From Candidatus Cloacimonadales bacterium (GTDB taxonomy: Bacteria > Cloacimonadota > Cloacimonadia > Cloacimonadales > JAFGVF01), in NCBI GenBank assembly GCA_963678315.1, contig OY782781.1, positions 2,656,001 through 2,720,000 on the forward strand: a stretch of DNA of 64,000 nucleotides, in the 5' to 3' direction. A model generated the notes under the pieces. The model did not search any database, was not told where the DNA came from, and saw only the letters and a program-made list of their open reading frames with translations. The position numbers and the translations under genes were made by a program. Positions within the stretch are counted from its first letter, which is position 1. Every line of letters begins with the position of its first letter. Of the stretch, positions 1 through 15,000 are shown piece after piece.

Positions 1-3000
1 AGATCTGCGTAAAAACCTAGTGGAGCACGTTCTATACAATCACTGTATTCTCCCGACAAATCTCTAATATTACTTGAAGTTTCATTTAGGTAAATGCTGA
101 AATCTAAGTTTGAATTTCCATTATTATTAATCCTGAATGTTGAGTTGCCTTCAGAGTTTGTATTCAATTGTAGTGATAAATCTGAATTTGAGATACTTAC
201 TTCAGGTTCACCTATTGAAACTGCATTCAACTCAATTATAGAAATTGGATTATTAATATCATTTGAGTAAATTTGCAAGTTTGAATCATAATCTTGTGAA
301 CTCAATGGTGCAAAAGCTACTTGAATTTGACATGTAGAGTGTGGTTGAACAACAAATGAAGTTTCATCAACACTAAAGTCAGAATTATCAATAGAAATAT
401 TATCTACAATTAAGCTTGATGAACCATTATTTCCAATTGTTACGGTACGTGTATCTATTTGTCCATTAAAAATTGTACCAAAATCGATTATATTAGTTTC
501 AACAACTATTTCAGCTTCACCTGTAACACTTAATTCTATCGGAATAATCTCTCTTGGATTATTAACATCATTACTGTCAATAATTAGCTTTGCTTGATAA
601 TTACCTGCTAAGAGATTTCTACTGTTAAATGTAAGATTAACATTTGTATTAGAACCATTTGAAACTGTTCCAGAACTTGGATTTACAGAAATCCAATTGA
701 ACTCTTCAATTCCATCATCTATTCTATATAGTTTCGAACTTAAACTACTATCATCTGAAATCCATAGATCTTTTCCATTATGTGCTAAAGCATAGGAAGC
801 ACTATCGAAATAATCATATTCTAACTCACCAGTACAATCCAATGTTGAAGAATTAAACTGTCTTATTATTTGGTCTTGATAATCTAGTGCCCACAACTCA
901 CAATCTTGGTGATCAGCAACCCAGACTATTTGATTCATTCTTCCATTAAAATATGTTGATTGACTATCAATAATTTCTCCAGAAATAGAAACATAATATA
1001 TTTGAGGATTAACCAACTGAGATGGAACAATTAATAAATTATCTCCATTAAAGGTTATGGCTGGATTATTAAATAATGGATTATTGAATTGATCTAAAAG
1101 ACCAAACGAGTTATCATAACAATAAACAGTTCCACTTGATGAGCCTATCCAGAAATTACTTCCATCATAAGTAATACCAAATGGAGTAGTATGTATTGGA
1201 TATTGGGAAACTAATGTCTCTGTATCAATATCATACTTATATACTTTAGCTTGAGAATAACTAACAATATAGAGGTAGCCATCTACCCAAACCATACCTT
1301 TATTACTTGTTGGAGTATTTTCAAATTCACCATCAATCATATTTCTTGATAATACTTCTTCAACATCAATACTAAATAATAAATCTTCACCTTGAGTATT
1401 ACTGATTACTAAGTTATCAGATATAACTTCCCCACTTGCAAGTTCTTGATTTATTGCATAACTATCGATTAATATAGATGGAGCTAATAAACCTTCACCC
1501 TCTAAACTAATTCCGATAGTTTCTTGTCCTGGAGCATTAGTAATTAAACTTAGTGTTCCAGAATAAAGAGTCTCTTCTGTAGGTAAGAAATTTACGACTA
1601 ATCTTCTAGATTCATTTGCAGGAATATAAAAACTACTTTGTTGAGGAATAAAGATGCTTGGCTGGTCACAACTAATTGAAGATATATCCAAGTAATCTGT
1701 TCCATTATTTGTAATCAATACTGAGCATGTATCAACACTATTGACATAACCATTGTCAAAAATCATATCCTGACTTGTAATTTCAATACTTGGGATACCT
1801 GTTACTTCAATATTAATTGGTAAATAGATTATAGGTTCATCTGGATCATTAGAATTTACACTTACATCTATATTATAAGTACCACCTATTAATCCATTTC
1901 CATCGACACTGACTTCTACATTTGAACTTTCTCCTCCAAGGCAAGAGCCATAATTTTGACTAAAGGTCAACCATTCTGGAATTGAGTTAATATCACTTTC
2001 TTCAAAATTGACCTGTCCATGCATATTACCATCTGTTTGATAAGCAGTCATATCATCCAAATCATTATTATCAAAGTTCCAATAGCCTACTAAGTTACTT
2101 TCCAAGCCAGTAAGCTTACAGTTCATTCTGTTTTGAATTAAATTAAAGTCTAAAGCAGAAGACCATATTCTAAATTCATCTAAGAATCCATCGAAACGGT
2201 ACCAATAATTGCTGCTTGCAGATAACTTACCCAATATCCATTGAGATTGGTTTCCGTTAAAGTCAGTAACTTCTCTTTCTAAGGTCTTTTGGCCGTCTAA
2301 GAAAGCTGATAACTGATTGTTGCTATAGCTAATTGCTAAGTGATACCATTGATCTAATTCAATATTATCAGAAATATTATAATTCCTAATCTGTCCATTA
2401 TTCAAGGAAACATTTAGATTCTTATTAAGACCTTGAGTATAAACACCAAAGAAACCAATATCAGATGTATTGGACTTAGATATTAGATACTGTGTTCCTC
2501 CATTAGCAATATTACCATTTGATAATTGACCTAAATGAGAATCTACTTTGAACCAAAATTCTAAAGCGAATTCTCCACCATTCAATTGAATAGCTGGTCT
2601 ATTATCTATGGTAACAAAGTCTGCTTCACTTCTAGTGAAACCATGTGTTCTCAATGAATTACCAAAGTTAGAATCAATACTCCATAATAACTCATTATCA
2701 TCTGGGTTAGACAGGGTAATTTCTTGATTGAATGACTGTCCACTATTCATTTGAATATCCAAGCTATTTGGATTTAAAGAAACTTGCGGAGCAATTACAC
2801 CATTACCTATCAAGTTTATCACCTTCATTGGTTCATTGTCAGCATTACTTGTAATTATTAAATTATCAGTGTAGTTCGTATTTGTTGTTGGTAAGAACTC
2901 TACCCCTATTGTTATATTTTCATTTGAGCCAATTTGAATACCAGAATAATTATTATCTAAAGTATAAACATTGTTACTTACTGAGATATTATCTATTGTA

Positions 3001-6000
3001 AGGTTTGCAGGACCGACATTGGAAACTGTCACATATTTAGTTTCTGGAACAATAGTGTAAGTATCCTCAAAGATTAATGTTTCTTCTGACACTTGTATAT
3101 ATGGTACATTAGCGATTCCAGCACCAGACAAAGTAATAATTGTTACAGAGTTATTAGCAGAATTACTTTGAATAGACATAGTTCCAGAATATTCATCAAT
3201 TGAAGTTGGATTAAACATTACCTCTAGATCATAGCAATTATTGTAAGGAATGACAATAACATCATTCATTGCTGTGAAATTACTATTACTAAAAGTAATA
3301 TCATCAATCACTAAATCAGAATGACCCTGGTTGCTAATTCTCAAGGTTAGCACTTTGTTTTCACCACTTAAAACCATTCCGAAGTCTAATTCATCGACAT
3401 TTACTGCAATCTCTGAATCATAATCTTTAACTAGGAAATCTCTTTCAAAACTTGTTTGTTGTAAATTTGAGTTTGAATCAAAAACAAGCGTCCTTAATAT
3501 ATAGCTACCTGGACTAAACTGTTCTGCAATATCCAAAGTCTCAATAAAAGCATCATTTTGTGTGTTATATATTGTAAGACTTCTTGATGCGCTAGATACT
3601 AATATGTTGTTAGGATCAAAGATGCTAGTTTCTACTCTAATATCTTGGTTAGATAAATTACTATCAATTTCTTCTGTCACAGAAACTATTGCACCTGGAT
3701 AATATGAATCTTTATCCATCTCAATATACCTAATAGAAGCATTTAATGCAGCATCATTGTAACTTAACTGTCCCCAATCAACAATAATATTGTTACCCAC
3801 AAAATCATTATCTACAATAATCGTTACATTATTGACTAGTGTACTTGTAAGTATCTCAGGATCAATATCAAAGATAGTTGTTGACCAACTATCACTCATT
3901 CCAAGTAATCTTCCAATCTCATGACCATTAAATTTAACAATATGATTACCACCATTGTTACTTTGCACATTATATGCTCTTATTAGTAATGTAGCAGATT
4001 CTGGATTTGGATTATTGGAGTGAATTAAGAAATCAACTGGAGCATTTTGGCTATTATAACCAATCTCGACATCAAGGTCATTATCGGATTCTTCTTGACC
4101 ATGATTACCAAAATTATCGTAGGTTGTAAAGTTATAAATCTCCTTAAATATATTTATATTGTAAGTTACGGACTCATTGTTTGGGTCATTACTTGAAAGT
4201 TGGAATGAACCTTGATTCAAACCTGTATCCAAGCTTGTTCCATTAACAGTTATTAGTACATGTAATGAATCACCAGGATCTATCTGTCCCATAAATGGTG
4301 AGAAACTTAGCCAGGATTCATTAGCATCTAAATTATAGTTTAATTCAGAAGTACCACTGTTGAATAGTGTTATAGAACTGTTAACCAAATTGTTACCTAA
4401 AGTATATATCTCAGAATCATCATATTCTACAGACATTTCAGGAGGTTCTATACTATTAGCTGTTAGGTTAACTGAGTAAGGGTTGTTATTGAAATCATTA
4501 GAGTAGATACTGAGTACAGAATTATCAACACCTGAAACAACTGGTACATATTCTACATTAACAATTCTATTTTGATTTGCAGGTATTGTGAAAGTAGTAA
4601 AGTTAACACTGAAGGAATTACTTGATGATGTAATGTTATTTATTACTAAGTCATTCTCTCCATGGTTATAAATAGTTAATGGTAATATTTTTGAGGTAGC
4701 TACATATACATCCCCAAAATCTATATTTTGAGTATTACAACTTATTTCAGGAAGTCCTTCAACGGTTAGATTGACATTTAAATCATACACACTTCCCATA
4801 GTACCATTGTGATCAAATCTAAGACTACCATTGTAATCTCCAGCTGATAAATCTGCAGCATTGAATGTTAAATCAAGGTCTATAAACTGACCAGCTTCCA
4901 AAAGACCATTCATAGTGCTTACTTCAATCCATTCAGATGAACTAAATGGATTTACATTCCAAACTAAAGGAGCAGTACCATCATTAGCAATTCTAACACT
5001 ACTATAATATAGTTCTCCAACAGCAACAGTTGCTTCAATTGTTTCAGGTAACAATGCACATATAGGTTCTGCAATAAGTTCTATAGTGAAGGTATCAGTT
5101 ACACTCTGCCCAGTATTAGTATAAGCAGTTACATTTCCAATTCCTGTTCCAACCATAGATCCATCTGTTTCAATAGTTATCACATCCCCAGATATGGTAT
5201 TGCTAACAATAGTACTAGCAATATAACCAGAGAACTCAGCTTCGTATGATATAATATCACTATCGACATCACTAAAGACATTAGATAGATTAATTATACC
5301 GCTATCACCAAATGGCCCAGAGCTCATACCAAACCAAGTAATAGGATTAGCAACTATCGGTTCATCATCAACAGGAGAAACAACTACCAAAACTTCTTGG
5401 GTATCGACGTCTCTCAACTCTCGACTATCAATATGGTCATCTAAATAGAATTCAACTATTTCAGAACCATACCAGTTTTCTGGAGCACTAAATGTAACTA
5501 GATTATTTTCATTTATAGTAATGTTAATTGAATCATTACCTGTAACTGTTAATTCTAGATCTGCATCTGGATTATTATCTTCCATATACGGATTAAAATC
5601 TAACGCCATTGCAGTATCTTCATCAAAGCTAATAGTGTCTGGAATTGTTAAAACTGGAGGATAGTTTAAGTAGTTAACAGTTATGTAGTTTTCTTTAGTT
5701 TTAACTTGTGTAACATCATCATTGCTTACTGTTAAAGTTACTGTATAAAGACCAGATTCTTGATATGTATGAACTGGGTTTTCTTCGGTAGATGTTGTGC
5801 CATCTCCAAAATCCCAAAGATAAGAAGTTATGTTGCCATTAGATTGATTAGTAAACAGAACTTCTGTCCCTTCATAGATGTTAGTATTATTAGCAATAAA
5901 ATCAGCATTTAACATATTAGGATTTGTTGATATTACCAAGTCATCAATAAAGATTTCACTACTTGTAGTGATATCTCTTACCCTTATGATTAATTCAGTG

Positions 6001-9000
6001 ACAAATTCATTAATTTCAACTTCTCTTTGTCTATATATAGTATCTGCTGAATGGTCATTGCTTGGTGAATTACCAATATAGAAATTAGGTAATATTTCTC
6101 CATCTAATTTAATGTAACCACTTGATCCCCAATTACCATAAAGCTCCATTTCTTTATACCTAATATGGTCAATGTGAGTAGGACTATCAAAGACTATCCT
6201 CATATTAGTTCCAAAGTTCTCAAAAGCACTAGCTCCTTGGGTTGACCGTCCAAAACCAAAAGCATGGGCACTTCCAAAGTTGGTAATTTCTTTGATACCT
6301 GGGTAGTAATTAAAAGTTCCATTAGTAGCGATTTCAATCTGTTCATTTAAATCACCATTTTCAAAATCTTCACTTATTAAAAGAACTTCATCGAGAACTT
6401 GAATATAATCGTTCTTTATAACTTGATCTGATGAAATAATACTATTTATTGTCAGGCTAATACTATAGTTTCCAGCTTCAGAATAGGTATGAATCGGATT
6501 CTCTTCATTTGAAGTAGAACCATCACCAAAGTCCCAAAGATAAGAAGTTATATTAGCATTTGATTGATTAGTGAAGGTTATTTCTTGATTTATATATGAT
6601 AATGTATCTGAGGCAATAAAATCTGCTTCAAGCATATTAATTGTAACATCTTGATTATTAGACGCTTCTGATTCTCCAGTAGAATAAACAGCAGTCACAT
6701 AATATTGGTAATCACCATTATCTAGGTCTAAATCTGTATATGTTGTATCACTTGTGGAAGCTATTTCTATAGAATCTCGGTAAATTTTGTACTCAGTGAA
6801 ATTAGCTATTCCTGCCATGTCGGTCCAAGTCAAGTTAACATTTGATTCATTTATTGAAGTTACAACATTGGTTGGAGCAAATAAAGGGACAGGAAACTGA
6901 ACATCCCAAATCCTGAAAGTTGGATCTTCTTTGAACAGTTCTATACTATTACCTTCAGCATTACATAAATAGGTTACAGAAGGATTATCTCCATCAAAAA
7001 GATGATATATAACATCACCTTGGAAATTTAGATAATTTGCAAACATGCTCTTATAAGAACCTGACGTTTCGTGTAATACATGAACTGAGTTATCGCTTAA
7101 ATCAATATACTTTAAATCATTATTACCAGTATAAGAATTGTCTGTTTCAATAAATAGTACTTTAGTTCCATCTGGACTGAATAGTGGACGATAATCTGAC
7201 TTACCATTGGAAGGATATATGTTTGTATCTGTCCCATTAATATTATCTCTTATGTATATATTTCGACTTGGTGACCAGTTCCCATAGTCAAAAATATATA
7301 CTAATTGATTTGAATTCATACGATTCATGTTTGGAGCTAAGTCTTTATCATTAACATGATCAATAAAGCTCTGATTATTATTACCATCAATATCAATAAT
7401 TTTTATAATATCTTCTGATGAAGAAACACCTGTTCTATAGATAATTCTTTGATTATCATTGTGCCAAGTCATTAAACCAATATTAATATTTGATATTATT
7501 ACTGTATCATTCGAGCCATCAGCATCACAAACGTGCAGTGAAGAGTTTGTAGCTCCTGTAGTATAAGACTTATATGCTATCTTTGAATAATCAGGTGACC
7601 AACATGGACTGTATGAGTTATCCAGACTATATGTTAATTGAATATCATTTGCAAAAGTAGCATCTGATTTAAAGACTTGATAAATTCCATTAACCTTTTT
7701 AGAGTATAAGAAAATAGCATCTTCAGGATTATCTATATTAGATTCAACTATTACATAACCGCTTTTAGTCATGTTTGATTCATTAGTACCATCTTTGATA
7801 GTTAATGAAACTGAATAGATACCTGGTCTACTATATTCCCAAACTGGGTTTTGCTCTGTTGAATCAATTTCTCCATCATTTTCAAAATCCCACTCCCAAG
7901 AAGTAATATTACCAATTGATTGATCAGTGAAAGTTAGTTCTGTTCCATAAACAACAGTTTCATTATCTACTATGAAATCTGCAACGAAAGTAATTGGAGG
8001 TTCATAACCACCCTCTTGATATAGTTCTGTAACATCAGATTCAGATAAAGGTCTGTTATAGATTCTTATATCATCTAGTTTACCTTGGAAATACCTATCA
8101 TCGTAATTACCATCACCATCGTTTCTACCAATTTCTAAATATCTATTAGTGTTGTTAATTGAGAGTCCTTCCCATATTTCCTCAACTTCAAACTCACCGT
8201 TAACAAATAATTGAGCATAATTATTTTCTGCGTTATAAATACAAACAACATGGTACCAGTTATCTACCTCAGCAATTGTATTTGATCTAATGTCAAAATG
8301 ACTTCCTTGTCCATCTGAAGCATGAAATCTAAACTTACCAGTAGCTAGTAATTCAAAAGCATATTGATCATCAGAACTACCCGATGGACCCCATTTATGA
8401 ACAAGTCCTTGATAACCATAAACCCCACTAACCCTAGTTGGATAAACCCATGCATTAATAGTAATACTGTTCTGACCATTAATATTCAATGAATTAGAGT
8501 TATTTACTTTTAACCAGCTTGATGAACCATTAAATTCAAGAGCCCTATTATCTATTCCAAATCTATCTATAGTAGGAGTTGCCCCATAATTGCTACCGTT
8601 ATTATTATAACCTGAGATATCTGCAAGATCTCCATTATTGAAAGGATAATAAGCTATCAATCCATAATCTAATTGACTAAGAATATTGATATATTCCGTT
8701 TTAGTAACAACATCTTCATTTTCAACATTCGATATCTGAAGAGTTACTGTATATCTACCAATATTAGTATATATATGACTTGGATTCTCTTCATCTGAAG
8801 TAGAACCATCACCAAAGTCCCAAAGATAAGAAGTTATATTACCATTTGATTGATTAGTGAAGGTTATTTCTTGATTTATATATGATAATGTATCTGAGGC
8901 AATAAAATCTGCGTCTAGCATATTAATTGTAACATCTTGACTATTAGATGCTTCTGATTCTCCTGTAGAATAAACAGCAGTCACATAGTATTGGTAATCA

Positions 9001-12000
9001 CCATTATCTAAGGCTGAATCAGTGTAGGTTGTATCTGTAGTAGATGCTATTTCAAGAGTATCTCGATATACTTTGTATGATTGATGCTCATCAAATATAC
9101 TTAAGTTTGACCATGAGAGTAAAACATCACTATTGTCTACAGTTGCTGTTAAATTTGTTGGAGCATAGAGATAATCTGAATATCCATCTTCTAAGCTGAG
9201 ATGAGGATAGTCATTGTTTACTGCTACCCATATATCATCTGTGCCATTATCACTTTCATTAACGAAATCCCATCCTGCATTTAGATAAGTATTTATATCC
9301 TGCATCTGGGCTGTTGTTAAGCCAGTTCCACCACCTGCACTACTTGCTTGGCCTGTAGTTTCAGTATCCCAGAAACTGTTTGAGATGGAAGAAGATGAAT
9401 TACGTCCTACCAAACCTCCGATATTAACTGAACCTGAAACACTACCTGTAGCATAAGAGTTTAAGATGGTAGAAGAATAATTTGATCCAACCAGACCACC
9501 AACTTTCTCTGAACCTGAAACTGTTCCAGTGGCATAAGAGTTTGAGATTGAGGAGGAATAGCCATTAAATCCAACCAAGCCTCCGACAGTAACATCCATA
9601 CTTGATACTGCTACAGAAGCATAAGAACTTAAGATAGTTGAGTTAGAATAATTACTTCCTACCAAACCTCCCACTGCAACCCCCATTCCTATAACTTCTC
9701 CAGTTGCACATGAGCTTGAAACATGAGAAGAATTAGAGTTTAATCCCAGTAAACCACCTACAGCATTTGAACCTAAAATATTTACATTAATTAAAGAAAT
9801 ATTATCAAGATTAGCTTGAGTAGTACATCCAAACAGACCAATTTGGCTAGTTGAAGGTCTATTAATATAGAGATTGGATATAATATAATTTTGACCGTTA
9901 TAAGATCCTGTAAAGCGTCTATTATCATTATCATTTAAATAATCACCAATAGGAGAAAAACCTGCTCCATTATTCCAGTTTTGGGTATCTGTAGCATCTA
10001 TGTCTGCTGTTTGAATGAAGTGATAGTTTTGATTCCATAGTTCAGGAGTCTCACTCAAGAACCTTAAATCTACTAGAGACGATATTTGGTATGGGGATTC
10101 TTCAGTACCTTGTCCAGCTAAAGCAAACTCTTCAATAGTAACTGAAACAATGTTAGATGCTTCTGATTCTCCAGTAGAATAAACAGCAGTCACATAATAT
10201 TGGTAATCTCCATTATTTAAATCTAAATCTGTATATGTTGTATCACTTGTGGAAGCTATTTCTATAGAATCTCTATACACTTTATAAGATTGCAAGTTAG
10301 TTAGCATACTTAAGTTTGACCATGATAATTGAACTTGATTATTTTCTACACTTGCACTTAAGTTTGTTGGAGAATAAAGATTTCCTTCCCACCCATTTTC
10401 ATGATAAAGACTAAGCATTTCTTCTTCATCTATGACTGTGTTATAAAATCTGATGTCATCTATACATCCAACAAATGGACTACGCATGCCGTGACTAGAA
10501 TTATTATTAGCACCTATTGCAAAAGTTCTTGTATTTAAATTATTTATTGTTGAAACTGTCTCATCAATAATGTTATTATCAAACTCACCATCAATATAAA
10601 GTTCTAACATATTTGAATCCGCATTTCTAAGATAAACAATATTATGCCAATAATTATCATTAACAATAATACTAGATTCAAGAGCTATATCATTGTGGTT
10701 GTCATCTCGTAAATAAACTTGTAATTTCCCGTCATTAAGTATTTTATAGGAAAATTCTTGATGATTTGATTGCTCAAAACCTGCTATGTAAAGACCTAGA
10801 CTCTCTATTCCGCATTTAATCCACATACTAACACTAAATGAATCATTTTGATTGTAGATAGGAGCTAAAGTTGTAGATATAAAATCTGTTCCATCAAAAC
10901 TAAAAGCAGAGTTTTCTTGGTTAAATCTATTAGTACAAGCACTTGCTCCATTATTAAGTCCATTTAAATTATTACCACTTAAATCATTGACATTACCATC
11001 TAAAGGATAATATGCAACTAAAGGAGATTCAGCAACATTAAATGACCACACCGTTGCTAGACTGTCTGCAGTTTCACCTGTAGTATTTCTGCAGACTACC
11101 TTCCAGTTGTAAGTTGAACCAGGATTTAAGTCTGAGATACTATACTCTTCCACTGCTTCAACATTATCAAGAAGTTTTGCCATCTCTCGCCCACCTGATT
11201 CACCAAACCAAAGATCTATTGTCTCGGTATAATCAGCATTTCCCCATGTCAGTGTCACTGATGTAGAATCTATCTGACTACTATTAGCAGGATAAGGATT
11301 AACTGCTGCTAAAGGAAGTGGAGATATTATAGGAGTTGCAGTTAAGTTGATTGTATAATCAATTGCTTGAGGACTTGGGTAAGTTGATATAATCAAGAAG
11401 TAAGTACCAGCTGGTAAAGCTTCTGCTGTGTATGTTAAGGTAGTAGATGAAGTAGTTTTTTGAATTTCAACTGCAGCAGGAGTTGCTGCATTTGGTTCGT
11501 CTGCAAGAATAAATGCTCCCATCCAAGAACCTGTTGTAACTATTGTACCATCAAGAGTTACATCTGTAGCAAGAGTGAATTGATAAACAACATCGTCACC
11601 ATTAAGATAATTTGAATTAGGAGAAATCATATTAGAACTATAATCATCACCAAAGTCACCTGTGTTTCCTGCTACATCAACAGCAGGAAAAGTTAATACT
11701 AAAGGATCGTAACATATTGAACCTGTAGGAGGGACAAAACCATTACCAGTTAAATTAACAGTATAAGTGCCGATTTGAGTATTATCTGTAATTATTAATG
11801 TAGCTGTTTTGTCCCCTGCAGAAGTAGGGCTAAATGTAACATTTAATTCAACCATTTCATTTGCTAAAAGAGTATCTGGCAGAGTAATACCATCAAAAGT
11901 AAACATTCCAGCATCACTTCCAGAAATTTCAACATTGCTAACTATTAGCTCACCAGTACCAACATTCGAAAAGTTAAATGATTGAGTAATAGAAGTTACA

Positions 12001-15000
12001 CCAACATTAACTTCACCAAAAGCTAATTCTGTTTCAGTAACTTGACCGATAGGTTCTTGAGGGATAGCTTCGAAAGCAATATCATCAAGATATACAAAAT
12101 CATTAATTCCACCGAAGATAGGTCTAAATACTAATCTTTTGTTAGTCATGCTAGTATCAAATTCATAGATAAATTGTGTATAAGTTAATGGCACATCTAT
12201 TGTGTCAATAGCTGTTAATACATCCATACTTGCATCGTAGAGAGCAAATATTAATTGACCTTCAGTATCACCTTTCATCCAGAATTTAGCTCTGTTTCCA
12301 TTAAAGTCAGGGACTATTACAGGAGAAATAAGCATCATATCTGCATCTTGGTCACTAGAATCATAGAATTCTATTGATTTAGAACCAGTGTGGGCATTTG
12401 TTGGGCTAGTATCTACAGTGATTGCAGCATAAGATGAAGTTGTTTGGATATTATTTTCCCATCCAATGAAAGAATCATTTTCTTCAAAACTATTAGTATA
12501 TGGTAAACCTTCAGCATAGATATTTGTATCTATTGAGTTACCAACAATAGCAACAGTATGAACTGCACGTTGGTCATCTGTAATTTCGATAGTTGCAGTA
12601 TGGTCACCTAATGTCTCAGGACTAAAAGCAAGAGTGAATGATAAGATTTCACCAGTTGATAATGTGTCAGGGTAAGTATTACCATCAACTAAATCAAATT
12701 CTACTGCATTAGTACCTGTAAGTGCAACGCTTGCAATTACAAGATCACCATGACCTAAGTTACTTACAGTTACAGTTTGAGGATCACTAGCTGTATCCAT
12801 AACTTGATTAGCAAATGTAAGAGTATCTGCACTTACACTGAATACAGGTTCTTGTGCAACTTCTTGGAAATTAAAACCACTTACAGGGATATAAGCTTTA
12901 AGAGAGCCTTGAGGTACTGTTGCCCATGTTTGGTCTTGTGCATCATAGTAATCAGAGTCGTATATAGATCTATTACCTTCAACTGGGTATGTATAGAAGT
13001 CATCACTATATGAATGAGAACCTGAACTTGTTTCGAAAACACAAACAACAAGGTTGTCAACGTTGTTGTAAATAAATGGTGTATCTAAAACAAGATTAAC
13101 TATTGGAACATCAGTAGTAGTTTCTAATTGACCATCATAAACTTGAGTTAATCCAGTAATAACCCAATCATAAGAATCTGAGAATGTTTCTTTATTTGTA
13201 TGACCCATATAAATAACAACATTATCAGTCCATGCAGAATTATTGTCATAAAGATATGATATATCAGTAATTGAGTGATTATCAATATCTAATTCAGATT
13301 GATAGTAAATTGATTGAGATACATAATATGAATATCCTGCATCAATTGGTAAAGCAGGATAAGTTCCTCTATCACCATCAAAAACTAGATCGGCTGTAGG
13401 GAATGGATTAGCAAGAGTCTCAAATTGCCAAGTTTCCACTCCTTCAGTAGCTGAACCAAGAATGTTGTAAGGAATGACTTTCCAATAATATCTTGTGCCA
13501 TAATCTAAATTAGAATATGTATAAGAGTTAGTAGTAACATCTACTGCAGTTAGACCCGCAAATGTTTGGTCTGTTGAAAGGTATACATTGTAACCTGATG
13601 CACCCATAGCTTCTTCCCATTCAAGACTACCAGTTCTAGCAATATCAGTTCCTAAACTATTAGGAGAAAGGTATTGAACAGCATCAGGAACAACACCGAT
13701 AGTAGTAAATGACCAAGTTGCTACTGAATCAGCAGGAGTTTGACCGCTAAGGTTTTTACAAACAACTTTCCATTCATACTCTGTGTCAGCAAACAAATTC
13801 ATAGCAGAATATTCTTCTGTTGCAACAATATCTTCTTCAACAAGAACCATATTACCAGCTTGACCGAAATAGATATCATTCATTGTTGTCCACTCAGCAT
13901 TAGTCCATTGTAAAGTAACAGTAGTAAGTTGTTCCACAGCATCATCTTCTGGAGTTGGAGCAGTTGCTTGCATTGGTGCAGGGATATCTTCTAAATCAAT
14001 TTGTACTTGATAGTCTCCAGATGCAGTACCATAACCAGCAACAACTATATAGTAATCACCAGCTTGGGCAAGCGATTGGTTCATTTTTGACCAAAGGCCT
14101 CTATCTCTTGTTTTTGGACCTTCAACAAATCTTCCACCTGTACCAGCATCAGTTTCATCATCATTATAATACCATGCATCTTCATTTTGAGTTGCTTCTT
14201 CTATTTGAGTAAGTGAGTTGAATACCCACATTTTTGTATCGAAAGGAGAATCAAGTAATGATATTGTCATCAATCTATCAGTTTCTAAAGTAAGCCTATA
14301 AACAACGTCTTGTGAAGTTGTAAAGTCATAATCTGAATTATATATTGTTGTAGTACCTTCTGCATAAATTGAATCAGCATAAGTTAATACAAATGGGTCA
14401 TTATGTGTATCACCTATATCATCAAGTACTTCACAGGTAATTGGAATAGTATGAATTATTGGTAAAAATGGGTTACCTGGATTTTGTTCTTTAATAACTA
14501 AAGTAGATTCGTGGTCACCAATATATGATGTTAAACCTCTAGGGTAAACAATAATACTTGAACCTGGTTCAAGTGAGTATGGTAATGTTTCTTCATAAAG
14601 AACTTCGAAGTTATTGTCATCACCAACTGAGATTTCAGTAATTAGGGCTTCAGCTGCACCTGTATTTGTGATTGTTACCAGAACTGAATCAGCAACAACT
14701 TCATTTTGTAAGTATAAACCACAATCAACAGAATCTGGTACGAATGATATTTGAGAACCTTCAGGAACTTCTTCAATTAATATATCATCAAGATAAACAT
14801 TATCATAAGTTCCATCAAAATTAATATCGAATACAATTTTATCATTAGAACGTGTTGGATCCATGTTTACAGCATATTCTGCAAAAGTAGATGTAAGCTC
14901 TAATGAGTCAAGTTCTGTTAATTCATCACTTGTGTTCAATCTTCCAAGTCTGATGTATCCATCACCTTTTGCCCAGAAACGGATTCTATAAGGATCTAAT

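Noticed and set aside
6511..10273. Diversity-generating retroelement (TR/VR pair) as the explanation for the near-identical repeats
   Set aside because: Mismatches are not adenine-specific on either strand, all copies are in-frame coding modules, and no reverse transcriptase is in the window.
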